Assembly (NCBI RefSeq): GCF_006345805.1
Contig: NC_042998.1
Location: forward strand, 144,026,001 to 144,090,000
Length of the DNA stretch: 64,000 bases
Reading direction: 5' to 3'
Origin: Octopus sinensis
Taxonomy: Eukaryota
The position numbers and the translations under genes are program-made. The notes beneath the pieces were generated by a model. It did not search any database and was not told where the DNA came from. It saw only the letters and a list, made by a program, of their open reading frames with translations. Position 1 is the stretch's first letter. The number at the start of each line of letters is the position of its first letter. This document shows, piece by piece, positions 27,901-40,363 of this stretch.

Positions 27901-28984
27901 ATAAATAGTAGTGTTATTTAAGTAACTCCAGCCTGACCTCAGAGAGACAAGAAAGCCAACACTTTAAAACTCATATGCTATACAGTGTGTAGTAAATAAC
28001 TCAATAGTGGTCCAGACAGACATTAGGGGAACCTCTATAAAGTCCTGCATCAACCCCATTTCCCTCAACAAACTCTTACAACCATCTTTAACTCTTTTTG
28101 ATCCCAACCCACCTGAGACTGTCCTTAGTTCTTTGATAAATCCACTGTTTAAAATGGTCAAAAATAAAACCTATTAAAATTTCCATGTTAATTTATGTCC
28201 CAAATATTAGCTTAATAACAACAGTGTTGTTTTACTAAATTCTTCATTATTTTCAAAATTAATTGAAACAAAGACAGTTTATTTCAACAGAAATATGGTA
28301 AAAAAAAAAGGGTTAAAATGAAGACCACATATTTCCAATGCTAGAGCTTGCCACACAACAATCCTAGATAGACCTGACTAGGAAAATGCCAACCTAATAC
28401 TATTATAGTATCTACCTCTGTCATTGTTTGCTGAAGCACAGTTAACTAGAGCTAAAAACACTAGCTGATATGACTAAAATTTCACAGAAATTTAAACAAT
28501 CAGGGTCTGAGTTACAAATAATCGTTTAACCAGATTTTTAACAAATGAAGCACTGACATGAAAGTTACATTTTAAAAAATGCTTTAAAATAAATGTGAAT
28601 AAATATTGATGGGAAACAGCTGGAGATTATGACATTCATGCCTTTTAGGTAATTATAGTAAAATGGTTATAACTGAGAAAGTTAAAAATCGGTTAAGTCC
28701 TTCAAGTATTTGTTATTTCATTGAACATATTACAAGGAAAAAAAATTACGTCCATAAATAAGGAATTATTTATGAATGTAATTACATCCATAACACAAAC
28801 AAAAACACTACAAATACATTTCTTAGCCATTTCAATTAAACAATAAAATACTTTTTAATGCATTTTTACTACAGAAGATATTTTACAACAAAATATGCAA
28901 GTGTGTGCATATATATATATATATATATATCATCATCATCATCATCGTTTAACGTCCGCTTTCCATGCTAGCATGGGTTGGACG

Positions 28985-29024
<40 letters not shown>

Positions 29025-29113
29025 TTTTATGTTAACTGCAAGCATGGAAAGTAAACATAAAATAATGATGATAACATACACAAACAATATAAAAAAAAAG
29101 GTTCGATATTTAC

Positions 29114-29152
29114 CCGAAAGAAAAATTCTTCATTCCATTTTGGATTCAATGT
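29114..29152 (-). CDS. NEDD4: NEDD4 exon, C2 domain: TLNPKWNEEFFFR
   Basis: 39 nt, ctttgtag acceptor and GTAAAT donor, phase 0-0. Near-identical to vertebrate TLNPKWNEEFYFR. Confidence 0.95.
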
Positions 29153-29783
29153 CTACAAAGATAAGGAAATAAAGCTCTAAGTAAATTGTGTATTAAAAAA
29201 ACAAACAAATATGTATATATGTGTGTGTGTGTATATATATATATTTAAAGACTTAAATCCAAAGAAAGGACAGGGCCTCAGGTATCCAGCCAACCAGTCT
29301 GTCAGTCACAATACTAATGCTACTGAGGACAAATATGTAAAACAGAAAAGAAAAGTCAACAGATAAAGCTAAGTGGCCAAACAATCAGAGAAAGTCCAGC
29401 TGACAGGAGATAGTCAACAACTTTAAATACTTTGCTGTTTCTCTCCACAATATGATATAGGTACATGATGGGGCAGGGTGAGGGGGGGGGGGAATGTGGT
29501 GGTTTACATGTGTGCACACACACACACACACAGATTTAAATGCACAGGCAGGCTGTCGGTTGAGTTTTGTCTGTCTTATCTTTTATCTTTTGCTTGTCTC
29601 AGTCATTGGGCTGCAGTCATGCTGGGGCACCACCTTGAATGGTTTAGTGGAACAAATCAACTCCAGTACTTATATTTTTATTTCTTTTCTATCAGTCTCT
29701 GTTGCCAAACTGCTAGGTTACAGAGATGTAAACTAAACACTAGTTGTTAAGAAGTGGTAGTGGGGGGGTCAAACACAAACATA

Positions 29784-31221
29784 CATCATCATCATCATCA
29801 TTTAGCGTCCGTTCTCCATGCTAGCATGGGTTGGACGGTTCAACTGGGGTCTGTGAAGCTGGAAGGCTTCATCAGGCCCAGTCAGATCTGGCAGTGTTTC
29901 TACGGCTGGATGCCCTTCCTAACGCCAACCACTCCGTGAGTGTAGTGGGTGCTTTTTACGTGTCACCGGCACGGGGCCAGGCGAGGCTGGCAACGGACAC
30001 GAACAGATGGTGCTTTTACGTGCCACCAACACGGGGGCCAGACAGAGCTGGCAAACGGCCACGAAACGGATGGTGCTTTTACGTGTCACCGGCACGGGGG
30101 CCAGGCGAGGCTGGCAACGGGCACGAACGGATGGTGCTTTTACATGCCACCGACACGGGGGCCAGACAGGGCTGGCAAACGGCCACAAACGGATGGTGCT
30201 TTTACGTGTCACCGGCACGGAGGCCAGGCGAGGCTGGCAACGGACACGAACGGATGGTGCTTTTACATGTCACCGACATGGGGGCCAGACAGGGCTGGCA
30301 AACGGCCACGAACGGATGGTGCTTTTACGTGTCACCGGCACGGGGGCCAGACAGAGCTGGCAAACGGCCACGAACGGATGGTGCTTTTACGTGTCACCGA
30401 CACGGGGGCCAGACAGAGCTGGCAAATGGCCACGAACGGATGGTGCTTTTACGTGTCACCGGCACGGGGGCCAGACAGAGCTGGCAAACGGCCACAAACG
30501 GATGGTACTTTTACGTGTCACCGGCACGGGGGCCAGGCCAGGCTGGCAACGAACACGAACGGATGGTGCTTTTACGTGCCACCTACACGGGGGCCAGACA
30601 GGGCTGGCGAACGGCTACAAACGGATGGTACTTTTACGTGTCACCTGCACGGGGGCCCTGATGTTGATCGACCTCAATTTGGTTTGATCTTGATTTTGAC
30701 TGTTCTCACTGGTCTTGCCGGGTTTTCTCACGCACAGCATACCTCCAAAGGTCTCGGTCACTGGTCATTTCCTTGGTGAGACCTAAAGTTCGAAGGTCGT
30801 GCTTCACTGCCTCGACCCAGGTTTTCCTGGGTCTACCTCTTCCACAGGTCCCCTCAACTGCCAGGGTGTGGCACTTTCACACACAACTATCTTCAGCCAT
30901 TCTCATCACATGACCATACCAGCGCATACGTCTCTCTTGCACACAGCAACTGATACTTCTTAGGTTCAACTTTTCTCTCAAGGTACTTACACTCTGTCGA
31001 TTATGAACACTGACGTTACACATCCATCGGAGCATACTAGCTTCATTTCTTGTGAGCTTACGCAAATCCTCAGCAGTCACAGCCCAAGTTTCACTACCAT
31101 GTAGCATGGCTGTACGTACACATGCATCATACAGTCTGCCTTTTACTTTGAGCGAGAGGCCTTTTGTCACCAGCAGAGGTAAGAGCTCTCTAAACTTTGC
31201 CCAGGCTATTCTTACTCTAGC
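29784..31221 (-). mobile_element. Young 5'-truncated RTE-clade LINE 3' end: ORF C-terminus, minisatellite 3'UTR, (ATG)6 tail
   Basis: Encodes ...LSLKVKGRLYDACVRTAMLHGSETW...RWYGH...RGRPRKTW. One CGA>TGA nonsense codon at 30877-30879. About 98% identical to 49270-50834. Confidence 0.92.
29948..30658 (-). repeat. Minisatellite of 61/62-bp units in the RTE 3'UTR (11 full units plus a partial)
   Basis: Unit ggtgcttttacgtgtcaccggcacgggggccagacagagctggcaaacggccacgaacggat and a variant with gccaggcgaggctggc, counted by eye. Confidence 0.92.
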
Positions 31222-32709
31222 ATTTATATATATACATATGACAGGCTTCTACATAGTTTCCAACTACCAAATTCAAAGCATTAATTAGCCTGGGGTTACA
31301 GTAAAAGATACTTGCTCAAGGTACTGTACAATGGGACTGAACCCAACACTACACAGTTGCAAAGCAAGCTTCTTAAAGTACTCCAAACAGTGAGAGATAA
31401 ATTTCATTTAATGTACACAGTATAAAGATATCAGTTACTAAATAGTTTCTTGCTTTGAAGACAAGTCTAGGTAGGTTTTTATAACATGCCTTGTGTCTCC
31501 AAGCAATTTTCTGGTTCTGAGAACATGGCGGCCTATTCTATTTGCAAATCAGGACACTTGTACAAGAGAAATCATGACAAAAAATAAGAAGGTAGATGTG
31601 AAAACTGGCAGGGTCATTAAAAAAGAAAAAGAAAATTAGTTATATGAGTGAGTGTGCATGCGTGCATATCAACATGCAAGTAAAGATGTACACACACGTG
31701 TGTGTCTATGTGTGGTAAGCTAGAGAAGCATGTGTGCACTTTGTCCATTACATATCTTGATATTAGCATCAGGCTGTTTTCATTTACGTCTTCATAGTAT
31801 TTTTTAAACTAAATAAAAAATAGCACCCAAAATCAAATGTGTTCTTACAGATGAGTAGTTCACATGTGATTGCTATAGTGTACTAAAGAACATATCTATA
31901 GACCTTTAGCCAACATGTTATGTCATGGAAAATATATACATAATATCTACATACACGATATTCAATTGTCTATATAGACATAATCTTTATATTCATCATT
32001 ATATACAGTGTTGTCTAAAAATTCCATAGATATGAAGGGTAGACATGACTATGTGGTTGAGAAGCTTGCCTTCCAAACATGTTCAGTCCTACTGAGTGGC
32101 ACCTTGGGTAAGTGTCTTCTACTATGACTCCAGGCCAACAAAAGACTTGTGGGCAGATTTGGGAGATGGAAACTGAAAGATGCCTATCATATCTATATCT
32201 TCTATTTTTTACTTGTTTCAGTCATAAGATTGAGGTCATGCTGGGGCACCACCTTGAAGAATTTTTAGTCAAATGAATCACTCCACCCTCCAGTACTTAA
32301 TTTTTGTTAAGCCTGGTTCTCATTCTATCAATTTTTTTTTTTTGCCATACACACACACACAAACACACACTAGCAATGCATCCCAGAGTTGCCCAGGTGT
32401 TATGACCTACAAGCACATTGTACTATTTACTCCTTTCTTATGGGCAGAATCGGCACAGCTGATACATAGTTAATGGAATAAAGGAAGTCATTTTTTTTTT
32501 TAATAGTGGAGAGCAAGGGTACAATTTGCATGGGTTTTCATGAAAGCGCTTTCTGTTCTTAAGAAGGATCAGAAACTATGTATTGTTTCATCATATAAAA
32601 GGGGGTTAATACGATTTTAACCAGAAATCAGATTTTCAAAATTTAAATTTCCCTCTATCCCTGCCGTAATTTGTTAATTTGTAACTTTTTTCAATTTTAT
32701 TTTGTTGTT

Positions 32710-33120
32710 GTGTGGTAAGTAGCTTACTTACCAACCACATGGTTCCAGGTTCATTCCCACTACATGGCACCTTGAGCAAGTGTCTTCTACTATAGCCTCG
32801 GGCCAACCAAAGCCTTGTGAGTGGATTTGGTAGACAGAAACTGAAAGAATTCCGTCATATATATGTATATATATATATGTATGGGTGTATATGTTTGTGT
32901 GTCTGTGTTTGTCTCCCCCCCCCCAACATCGCCTGACAACCAATGGTGGTGTGTTTACATCCCTGTAACTTAGCGGTTCAGCAAAAGTGACTGATATAAT
33001 AAGTACTAGGCTTCCAAAGAATAAGTCCTGGGGTCAATTTGCTCGACTAAAGGTGGTGCTCCAGCATGGCCACAGTCAAATGACTGAAACAAGAAGGAGT
33101 AAAAGAGTAAAACAGAGTAT
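32710..33120 (+). mobile_element. tRNA-derived SINE (head, internal TA/TG microsatellite, AAAAGA-type tail)
   Basis: Head tgtggtaagtagctt...ggttc...ggcaccttgagcaagtgtcttc. Similar copies at ~4215-4625(-), 24705-25155(+), 55365-55775(+), and split at 29580-29783/31222-31380(-). Confidence 0.8.
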
Positions 33121-33156
33121 CTACATAGAAAAATACAGAGATTACAAATGTGGGAA

Positions 33157-33184
<28 letters not shown>

Positions 33185-33187
<3 letters not shown>

Positions 33188-33781
33188 AGAAATATTAAAT
33201 TTCTAAATATCTCAGAGAGATATAAGCAGTGGTGGAACAATAGAGCAGTTGCATACTGTCAACTTAACATGACAGTCCCATAAAGGGAATCACACCACCG
33301 CTATTTAACCCTAGGAAGCATCAGCGCTTCCTGCTGGCCTTGACACATTTCCTGTGTCCGTATGTTTACAAGAGGGAGACAAGCACCCCCATCCAGCTAA
33401 GCCTGCATTCAGAGACATGTTTCTGAGTCTTGCTCTATCGTTCCACCACTGCTTATATCTCTCTGAGATATTTAAAAATTTAATATTTCTATTCTTTGTG
33501 ATCAGTGAATTTACTTCACTGAAATTATGTTTACAAGGTCTAGACAGGTATCTGCAACCAGCTAGCAAGCCATGCTACTCCAGACTGATGACGAACAAGA
33601 CTCAGAAACATGTCTCTGGATGCAGGCTTAGCTGGATGGGGGTGCTTGTCTCGCCCTTGTAAACATACAGACACAGGAAATGTGTCAAGGCCGACAGGAA
33701 ATGCTGATGCTTCCTAGGGCTAAATAGCAGTGGTGTGATTCCCTTTATGGGACTGTCACGTTACGTTGACAGTATGCAACT
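33185..33781. mobile_element. Fold-back element with interleaved inverted repeats (A-B-A'-S-B'), Penelope-like/retrozyme-like
   Basis: A 33185-33247 pairs with A' 33431-33493. B 33248-33432 pairs with B' 33596-33781 (~93%). Flanked by microsatellites, no TSD seen, contains a hammerhead motif. Confidence 0.7.
33558..33635 (+). ncRNA. Minimal type I hammerhead ribozyme motif (stem II imperfect in this copy)
   Basis: tccaga-CTGATGA-cgaacaagactca-GAAAC-AT-GTC-tctgga. Stem I is tccaga/tctgga, extended by ccagcta/tagctgg. Helix III is the palindrome ACATGT. Confidence 0.6.
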
Positions 33782-33802
33782 TCTCTCTCTCTCTCTCTCT
33801 CT

Positions 33803-33850
<48 letters not shown>

Positions 33851-34691
33851 TTAATTTTTCCTAGAGAAACATTCAATACCCTTTCCCCCACCTTGCCCAC
33901 CCATCACCTACTGGCTTTCAAAAGGCTAAAATCTCCCAATCATTCACTTTTGTCTGATGTTTCCTACATGCATAGAATTCTACTGAAATAGTAGACTTAA
34001 AAAATACCAGACCACCAAGAGAAAATCCGACATGCTAGAAACAATAGGTAAATGACATTATTTCTGAAGAAACTTCCCTGCTTTCCAAAAAGCTAAAGTG
34101 AAACATTGGGAGTGAGTAGCTTTTTGGAACTGGTGAGGTGATGGGTAAAATTCTTAATGATTCATACTCTCTGTTTTTTCTCCATGGATTACCAAGAATA
34201 AAAATTTGAAAAAATTTGAAAAATTAATTTGATGGGGAGAGAGAGAAAATTAAAATATTGAGAACATGTTTTATGGGTGAAATCCTAATTTCCTGTATCA
34301 CAAACATAGGAATCGGAAGAAATTTAGGAAAAAAATAAGGAGAGGGGACGGAAATGTCACCTCAGACATGCGAGAAAGAAGAGGTAAAGGACAGAATTTC
34401 TGGGGAAAACGTCCATTTAAGTTTATATCGAAGATCAGGTTTTACCTAGAGTGTGCATATGCATGTGTGTGTGTCAAAGAAAGTATTTTTTTATGGCATT
34501 ATTTCATTTGAAGAAGCAAAGTTGTCAACTCGATATATATGGGATCATATGATTGTTAATTTCCATAAAATTGTTTTAATTTCTGTATGCTTTGAAGAGA
34601 GGAGAAATTGAAAGAGAGGATAAAGAGAAAGAAATGACATTTGCTTTGAAGCGAGAGGAGAAAGTGTAAGATATACGTGTATATGAAATGG

Positions 34692-34735
<44 letters not shown>

Positions 34736-35525
34736 CTGAGTGTGTGAAGGTGTGTGTTGTGATGTATGATATTTTTTGCATGTATGTGCAAGTGACACTC
34801 GCTCTCTCTCTCACACACACATTATCTTTCATATACATGTACATAAACAGGCAGAGGTAAAGAATATGCACACCACCTGTTTTCAGTGTAACCCTAACCA
34901 CCAAGAGTGTGTATTCTTGACCTTCGCCCATAAATACATATGCATACATCTTTTTTGTGCAAGAGAGAGAGAGTGTGAGGCTGTATTTCCTCATGACATA
35001 TAGAAAAATGGATGTCTTTTAATGCAATTTTTTTGGTTGTAACTTATTTTAATACAATATTTATATGTACATTTTCATAAATGTTTGTCTGAGTAGAATT
35101 CTACACATGAAACATAGGACAAAAGTGATATATTAGAAGCAAATCAAAATATTGTCAGAAAATGACCTCAAAATTGTGCGACCCAACCTAGTTAAGGTTA
35201 TTTTAGTTGTAAAAAAGAGTTGTTGAGTCAAAAACATAAGTTTATTTGGTAGACAAGTAATAAGCAGTTTTCTTTATTATAATACATATGTGACTAATTC
35301 GGAGAAACATTACTTTCATTATTCACACAACATCACTCTTGTAATGCAACACTTTGTAATTTTGATTGAAATTGAAAGTGTGAAACTATTTTCCTTTTCT
35401 GATGAAACCTGGTAGTGTAGAGAAGTGTATTTGAAATAACTGTAGCTGGTTATTGAGAAAACGTAGAAAATATATAAATGAAAATATAATTTATTTGACA
35501 TGTGTAATTGATTTGATTGTTCTGG

Positions 35526-35745
35526 AAGTTGGCGAGATGGCAGAATTGTTAGCATGCCAGGTAAAAATGCTTAAATGGTATTTCACATGTCTTTACATTC
35601 TGAGTTCAAATACTGCCGGGGTCAACTTTGCCTTTCATCCTTTCGGGATCAATAAATTAAGTACTAGTGAGCCACTGGGGTCGATGTAATCAACCACTCC
35701 CTTCCGCCGAAATTTCAGGACTTGTGCCTATAGCAGAAAGGATTT
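35526..35745 (+). mobile_element. tRNA-derived SINE with Deu/Nin-like central domain
   Basis: ggcgagatggcagaattgttagca...gagttcaaat...caactttgcctttcatcctttcgggatcaataaattaagtac. Inverted copies at ~8040-8245 and ~25425-25610. Domain name is from recall. Confidence 0.65.
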
Positions 35746-38700
35746 GATTGTTCTAGTCTTAACATTAGTTGGTAAGAACAGAAGTCATTTGACAACACCC
35801 TTTTGTTTGTAATTGGCTATCCTGTTGCAGATTCAATCTGAGGAATATTGAAATAATACCCATCTTGCCCATTCCACATAAGAGAGCATCATAAGAGGGA
35901 TGAATCTGTGAAACATGTTTAAAGTTGTTATCGTGAACACGAATGAGAATATCATGATTTTCAATGGGATCACAAACCATAAGGATGGCTACTTCATTAG
36001 ATGTGGGCTTATTACAACTGTGTAAAATGTTCTTTATTATAGTTTACTATAGACATAACAAACGCAGAAACACACACACTCATAGAATTGATAATATTGA
36101 AAACAGTAAAATGTACACACACAAAGTTCAAGCGAAATGAAATGTAGTCAATATAGGTGCAAAACATACTTCCTGTAGCATAGTTATGCTATAAAAAAAA
36201 TGTAAAGTCACCAATTTAGCAAAAGTTAGTTGTCATTTTTCTACTTGTCCTGTATTCAATCAACAAGAACAATTTTTATATAAATAACTAAAATATTTTA
36301 TGCAATGAAGTCTTAACTACTACATTCATAATTACATGTACAAACTGTTGTGCAAATGCAAATGTTCTGGCTAATAAAATGGATGGAAACTTATACAAAT
36401 ATTGGTGTGGTCATTCTTACTTTCATATGCAGCCTACCTAATATTGTGTGCTGCTATTGACTTAGAAACACAAATTAATGACTATGTAATGAATGACTAT
36501 GACTTACAGAATAATGACCCACTGAAGTAATTATACATATACTTTTGTTCATAAAGTATTTATTGGCAAATAATTCGCATGCGATATAATTCAGGAGGGT
36601 TGAGTGATGAATGCTCAAATGTATATCTACTCAATAAGCAAACTAGAAACTTATTTGTTGTTATATGATTACACTAAGATTTTATGCACTTGAGGTGATC
36701 TTTATATCAAAGTTACTGAATGCCCAGACAACACTTGAGGTAACCACTCTTTCTATAGACTTCACTGAAGACAGAGCTATGCACTGGTTATCTGCCTCCT
36801 TAAAGACAAGTGGTGACCTTAAGTCTCTAGAAACTCTGAGGAAATTTCTTTCCATAGCCTTAACTAGAGTTAATTGTTATCTCTCTCACCATTCTTTTTT
36901 CTTTTGTTTTTTGACATCATCATCATTGTCATCATAACTTCCACTTTTCAATGCTCACATAGATCAGATGGAATTTGTTGAAGCAGATTTTCTACAGCCA
37001 GATACCCTTCCTGTCGCCAACACTCACCTGTTTCCAAGCAAGACAATATTTTCCCATGGCTGAACATATTCTCATGGAAGATTACAAATGAAGGACAATG
37101 TTCGTATGATGATAGCACTCATTTATAATTATTCTGCAATGTCAAGACAAAGAGAGACAAACAAATGCATACATATGCATATATGATAGGCTTCTTTCAG
37201 TTTCTGTGAACCAAATCTACTCAAGAGGCTTTGGCTGACTTAGGACTATAGAAGAAGACACTTCCCCAAGGTACCTGTGCAATAGCATTGAACCTGAAAC
37301 CACATGATTGGGAAGCAAACTTCTCAACCACATAGCCACTCCTGCACATCATAAATTGTTTTACAGACAGACAGGCAGGTAGATAGATAGGTAGGTAGGT
37401 AGGTGGATTGATGGATGGATGGATGGACAGACAGACAGACAGATAGATATGAAAAATGGTGAGACCATTTATGGGTCAACTTGTTGGATACAGGACTGGA
37501 GAAAGTCTATTTTACAGTTGTGTACATTATATGTGATGGTCATTTTCAAAGTATCTATTAACAAATAATTACTGCAGAGTATAACAGAGTAGGTTTAATG
37601 GCCAACATTCAAATATAAGCCAAGTAAAAGCTACCATTATACAGGTTTAATCCTTTCGAATTCAGTTTATTTTGTCAAATGCAACAATTGTTCATTCACA
37701 TTATTTTGAATTAATCATGCATTATCTCAAAGCTTCAAGATTATGATGATGTGATAGTTTATTTTTAGAATAACATTATAAGGTAGGTGTGAGAGGCCAA
37801 ATCTGGTCAGTCTGAACATAAAATAAGTAAATTATTTGGGCCAGATATGGCTGGTTTAAATGCTAAAGGGCTGAACATTAGAAATTATGGTAACTATCTG
37901 ATATGCTAAGCACCCTAGTAATTGCATATATGCAACTTAACACTGAATAACAAAGAAACGTGGTTAATCATGCATGTGTGTGTGTGTAAATGCAGTTAGG
38001 TCAAATGATTAAGAAGTTTGCTTCTTAATCAGGAATTTAGATGGCATCTTTAGCAAATGTCATTTTCTTCAGTCTCCGGTTGACCCTTCCTTTGTATGTG
38101 AATCTGGCTAGATTGTACTTTCAGTTTAAAGGTTGAGGCATGTTGCACTGTATCAGATTGATTCTAATTGGAAGAATTACCCTGAAGGTGCAAATGTCTG
38201 TAGAGTACTCAATGAACCTGGTAGTTCAGTTGATCAAACATCTGAAAACTTATGGTCAGAAATTCTGAGACACACACACATACACCCACATAATAGTGGT
38301 ACCACAGCATGGTCACAGCCTATAACTGAAACCAGTAAAAGATAAACCACACATTTAAAAACCTCAATAATAATAGATGGCAATTTACATTTAAAAAATT
38401 CTTCTAAATATTATAAATTCAAGTTTATGAAGATTTAGAAAAACAGTGTGTTTACTTTTTTTTTAATTTTACAAGTAAATTGTTTATTTACTGAATACCT
38501 GAGACTAAAAGAAATCTAATATAATCTTAGATTTTAGTATAGTTATATAATCTGTCTTAGGTTATACTACGAGCATCATGTCTGTGTTTCTTATACTGGA
38601 TTAACAGCACTTGTTATTGCTGAAGATTATAAATTAAAATTCTGATCAGACCCATTGGATCATGTCAAATCATCTAACCAATGCCAGCATGGAAATGGAT

Positions 38701-39423
38701 ATTTGATGTTGATGATGATGATATTTAGGTTTCATAAATTCAATCAATTTTAAAATAATCACCAACAAAAAAAAAAAAAAATTAAAATTAAACACTTAAC
38801 TGAATCTGGAAAATTTAAAGCAGTTAAACCAGAAAAAGTTCAGACTGACATTGGTTAACTGAGTGAACTAGAAAAATCAAAGTCTCTTGGAAGGGGGGGG
38901 ATTTTGTGTGTGTATAAAGAGAAGATAGCAAAATTCTGTAGCTGAGAGTATCTTGTTTGAAATGTTCAGCAACTAACAAAGTAAGCTACATTAACTACAA
39001 TAACAAACAGGTTAAAGAAGCAAGTTCTAAATATATGTATTCCCTGATTGTGAGAAATATAAGAAAATGTGGATACGGTTAGAAACAAATAGGCCAGTCT
39101 GACTGGTTAAAATATGTTGAGTCAGGGAGTAAATTTATAATGTGAAGAATGTATGTCATTGCGTGATGTTAAACATGTTAATACTTAATGAAAACTTAAT
39201 CATTATTAATATATTTAGTTATTAATTCTGACATCATCATTTAAAAAAAAAATTCTTTAATATCAGTGTTATTCTCACAAAATCATCAACTGCGTTCTTG
39301 CTGTAAGTGTTTTTTCAAGTTTGTAAGATATCCACTGTCTTACCAATTAGATCATAGAAATAATAAATTCATTCATAGTGGAAAATTTTAGAAGCCACAG
39401 ATATTTATATATATATATATATG

Positions 39424-39790
39424 GATCTTTTCAGTTTGAACATCAGTTTTTAACATAATTTCTAGGTAACTAAAAAATTTTAAACTTCGTATACTGGTAG
39501 AATGTGTTTATAAAACATCTTTTTCTCTTAGCTTTATTGAGAAAATTCTATAGTTTGTAAGATATTTGTAAGATATTTTCTTCAACCAATCAATTACGTC
39601 CATTGACGTAAACAACATTCTGTGCCATATGAATATGTCCCTCGTTTAAGAAACAGATTGGGTTTATTTACATTAGTAAAGAAAAAAAGATACCCTTCCC
39701 CCACTTCTAACCAACCCTAACTAACCCTAAATTTAAAATAGATTGAAATGCAATAGATCGATTCTAGGGTCATAATTATGGATGTCATAT
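39424..39790. mobile_element. Truncated relative of the 20.3-kb foldback MITE
   Basis: Starts GATCTTTTCAGTTTGAAC, has a similar left arm (taactaaa...aaacttc...actggtagaatg) and CTAACCCTAA repeats. Confidence 0.55.
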
Positions 39791-39849
39791 GAAATTGCTT
39801 CTCTCTCTCTCCCTCTCTATGCATACACACACACACACACACACACAAC

Positions 39850-39880
<31 letters not shown>

Positions 39881-40308
39881 TAATATATATATCTTGTAAT
39901 TGGATGGCCACTGACTCTTAAGGTCATCATCCCTTTGGCTGGACTTATTCTTCATGCCACAGCCTGTCCAAAAGCCATCAAACTCACCATTATAGACTTT
40001 TCTATCATTAAACGAAAGATGATGTTTCCACAATTTCTCAATATAAAACCCACACAGATGATTTGTTTATAGAGATCAAATGTTTGTGCTCACATGAACT
40101 CACTCCCACCATGAAACTGACATTACCTGTACAGATGCACAAATGTGCACACGTCAAATTTCAAAATGATTGTAGAGTAACGTGAAATGAAGTGGTCTAA
40201 TCAAGAACACGTGCTGCTCAATCTAGGAATTGAGCTTATGATCTAGCAACCACAAGTTCAACACCCTAACCACCAAGCCACATACCTTCACTACTCACAC
40301 TATATATA

Positions 40309-40353
<45 letters not shown>

Positions 40354-40363
40354 TATATATATA

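Noticed and set aside
29948-30658. CRISPR array
   Set aside because: No unique spacers (units are homologous along their full length), no cas genes, eukaryotic intron, and embedded in a LINE.
29831-30779. 226-276-aa ORFs over the tandem array (likewise 218-377 aa at 49646-50779)
   Set aside because: Several frames are open simply because the GC-rich repeat unit lacks stops. They lie in the LINE 3'UTR and match no domain I recognise.
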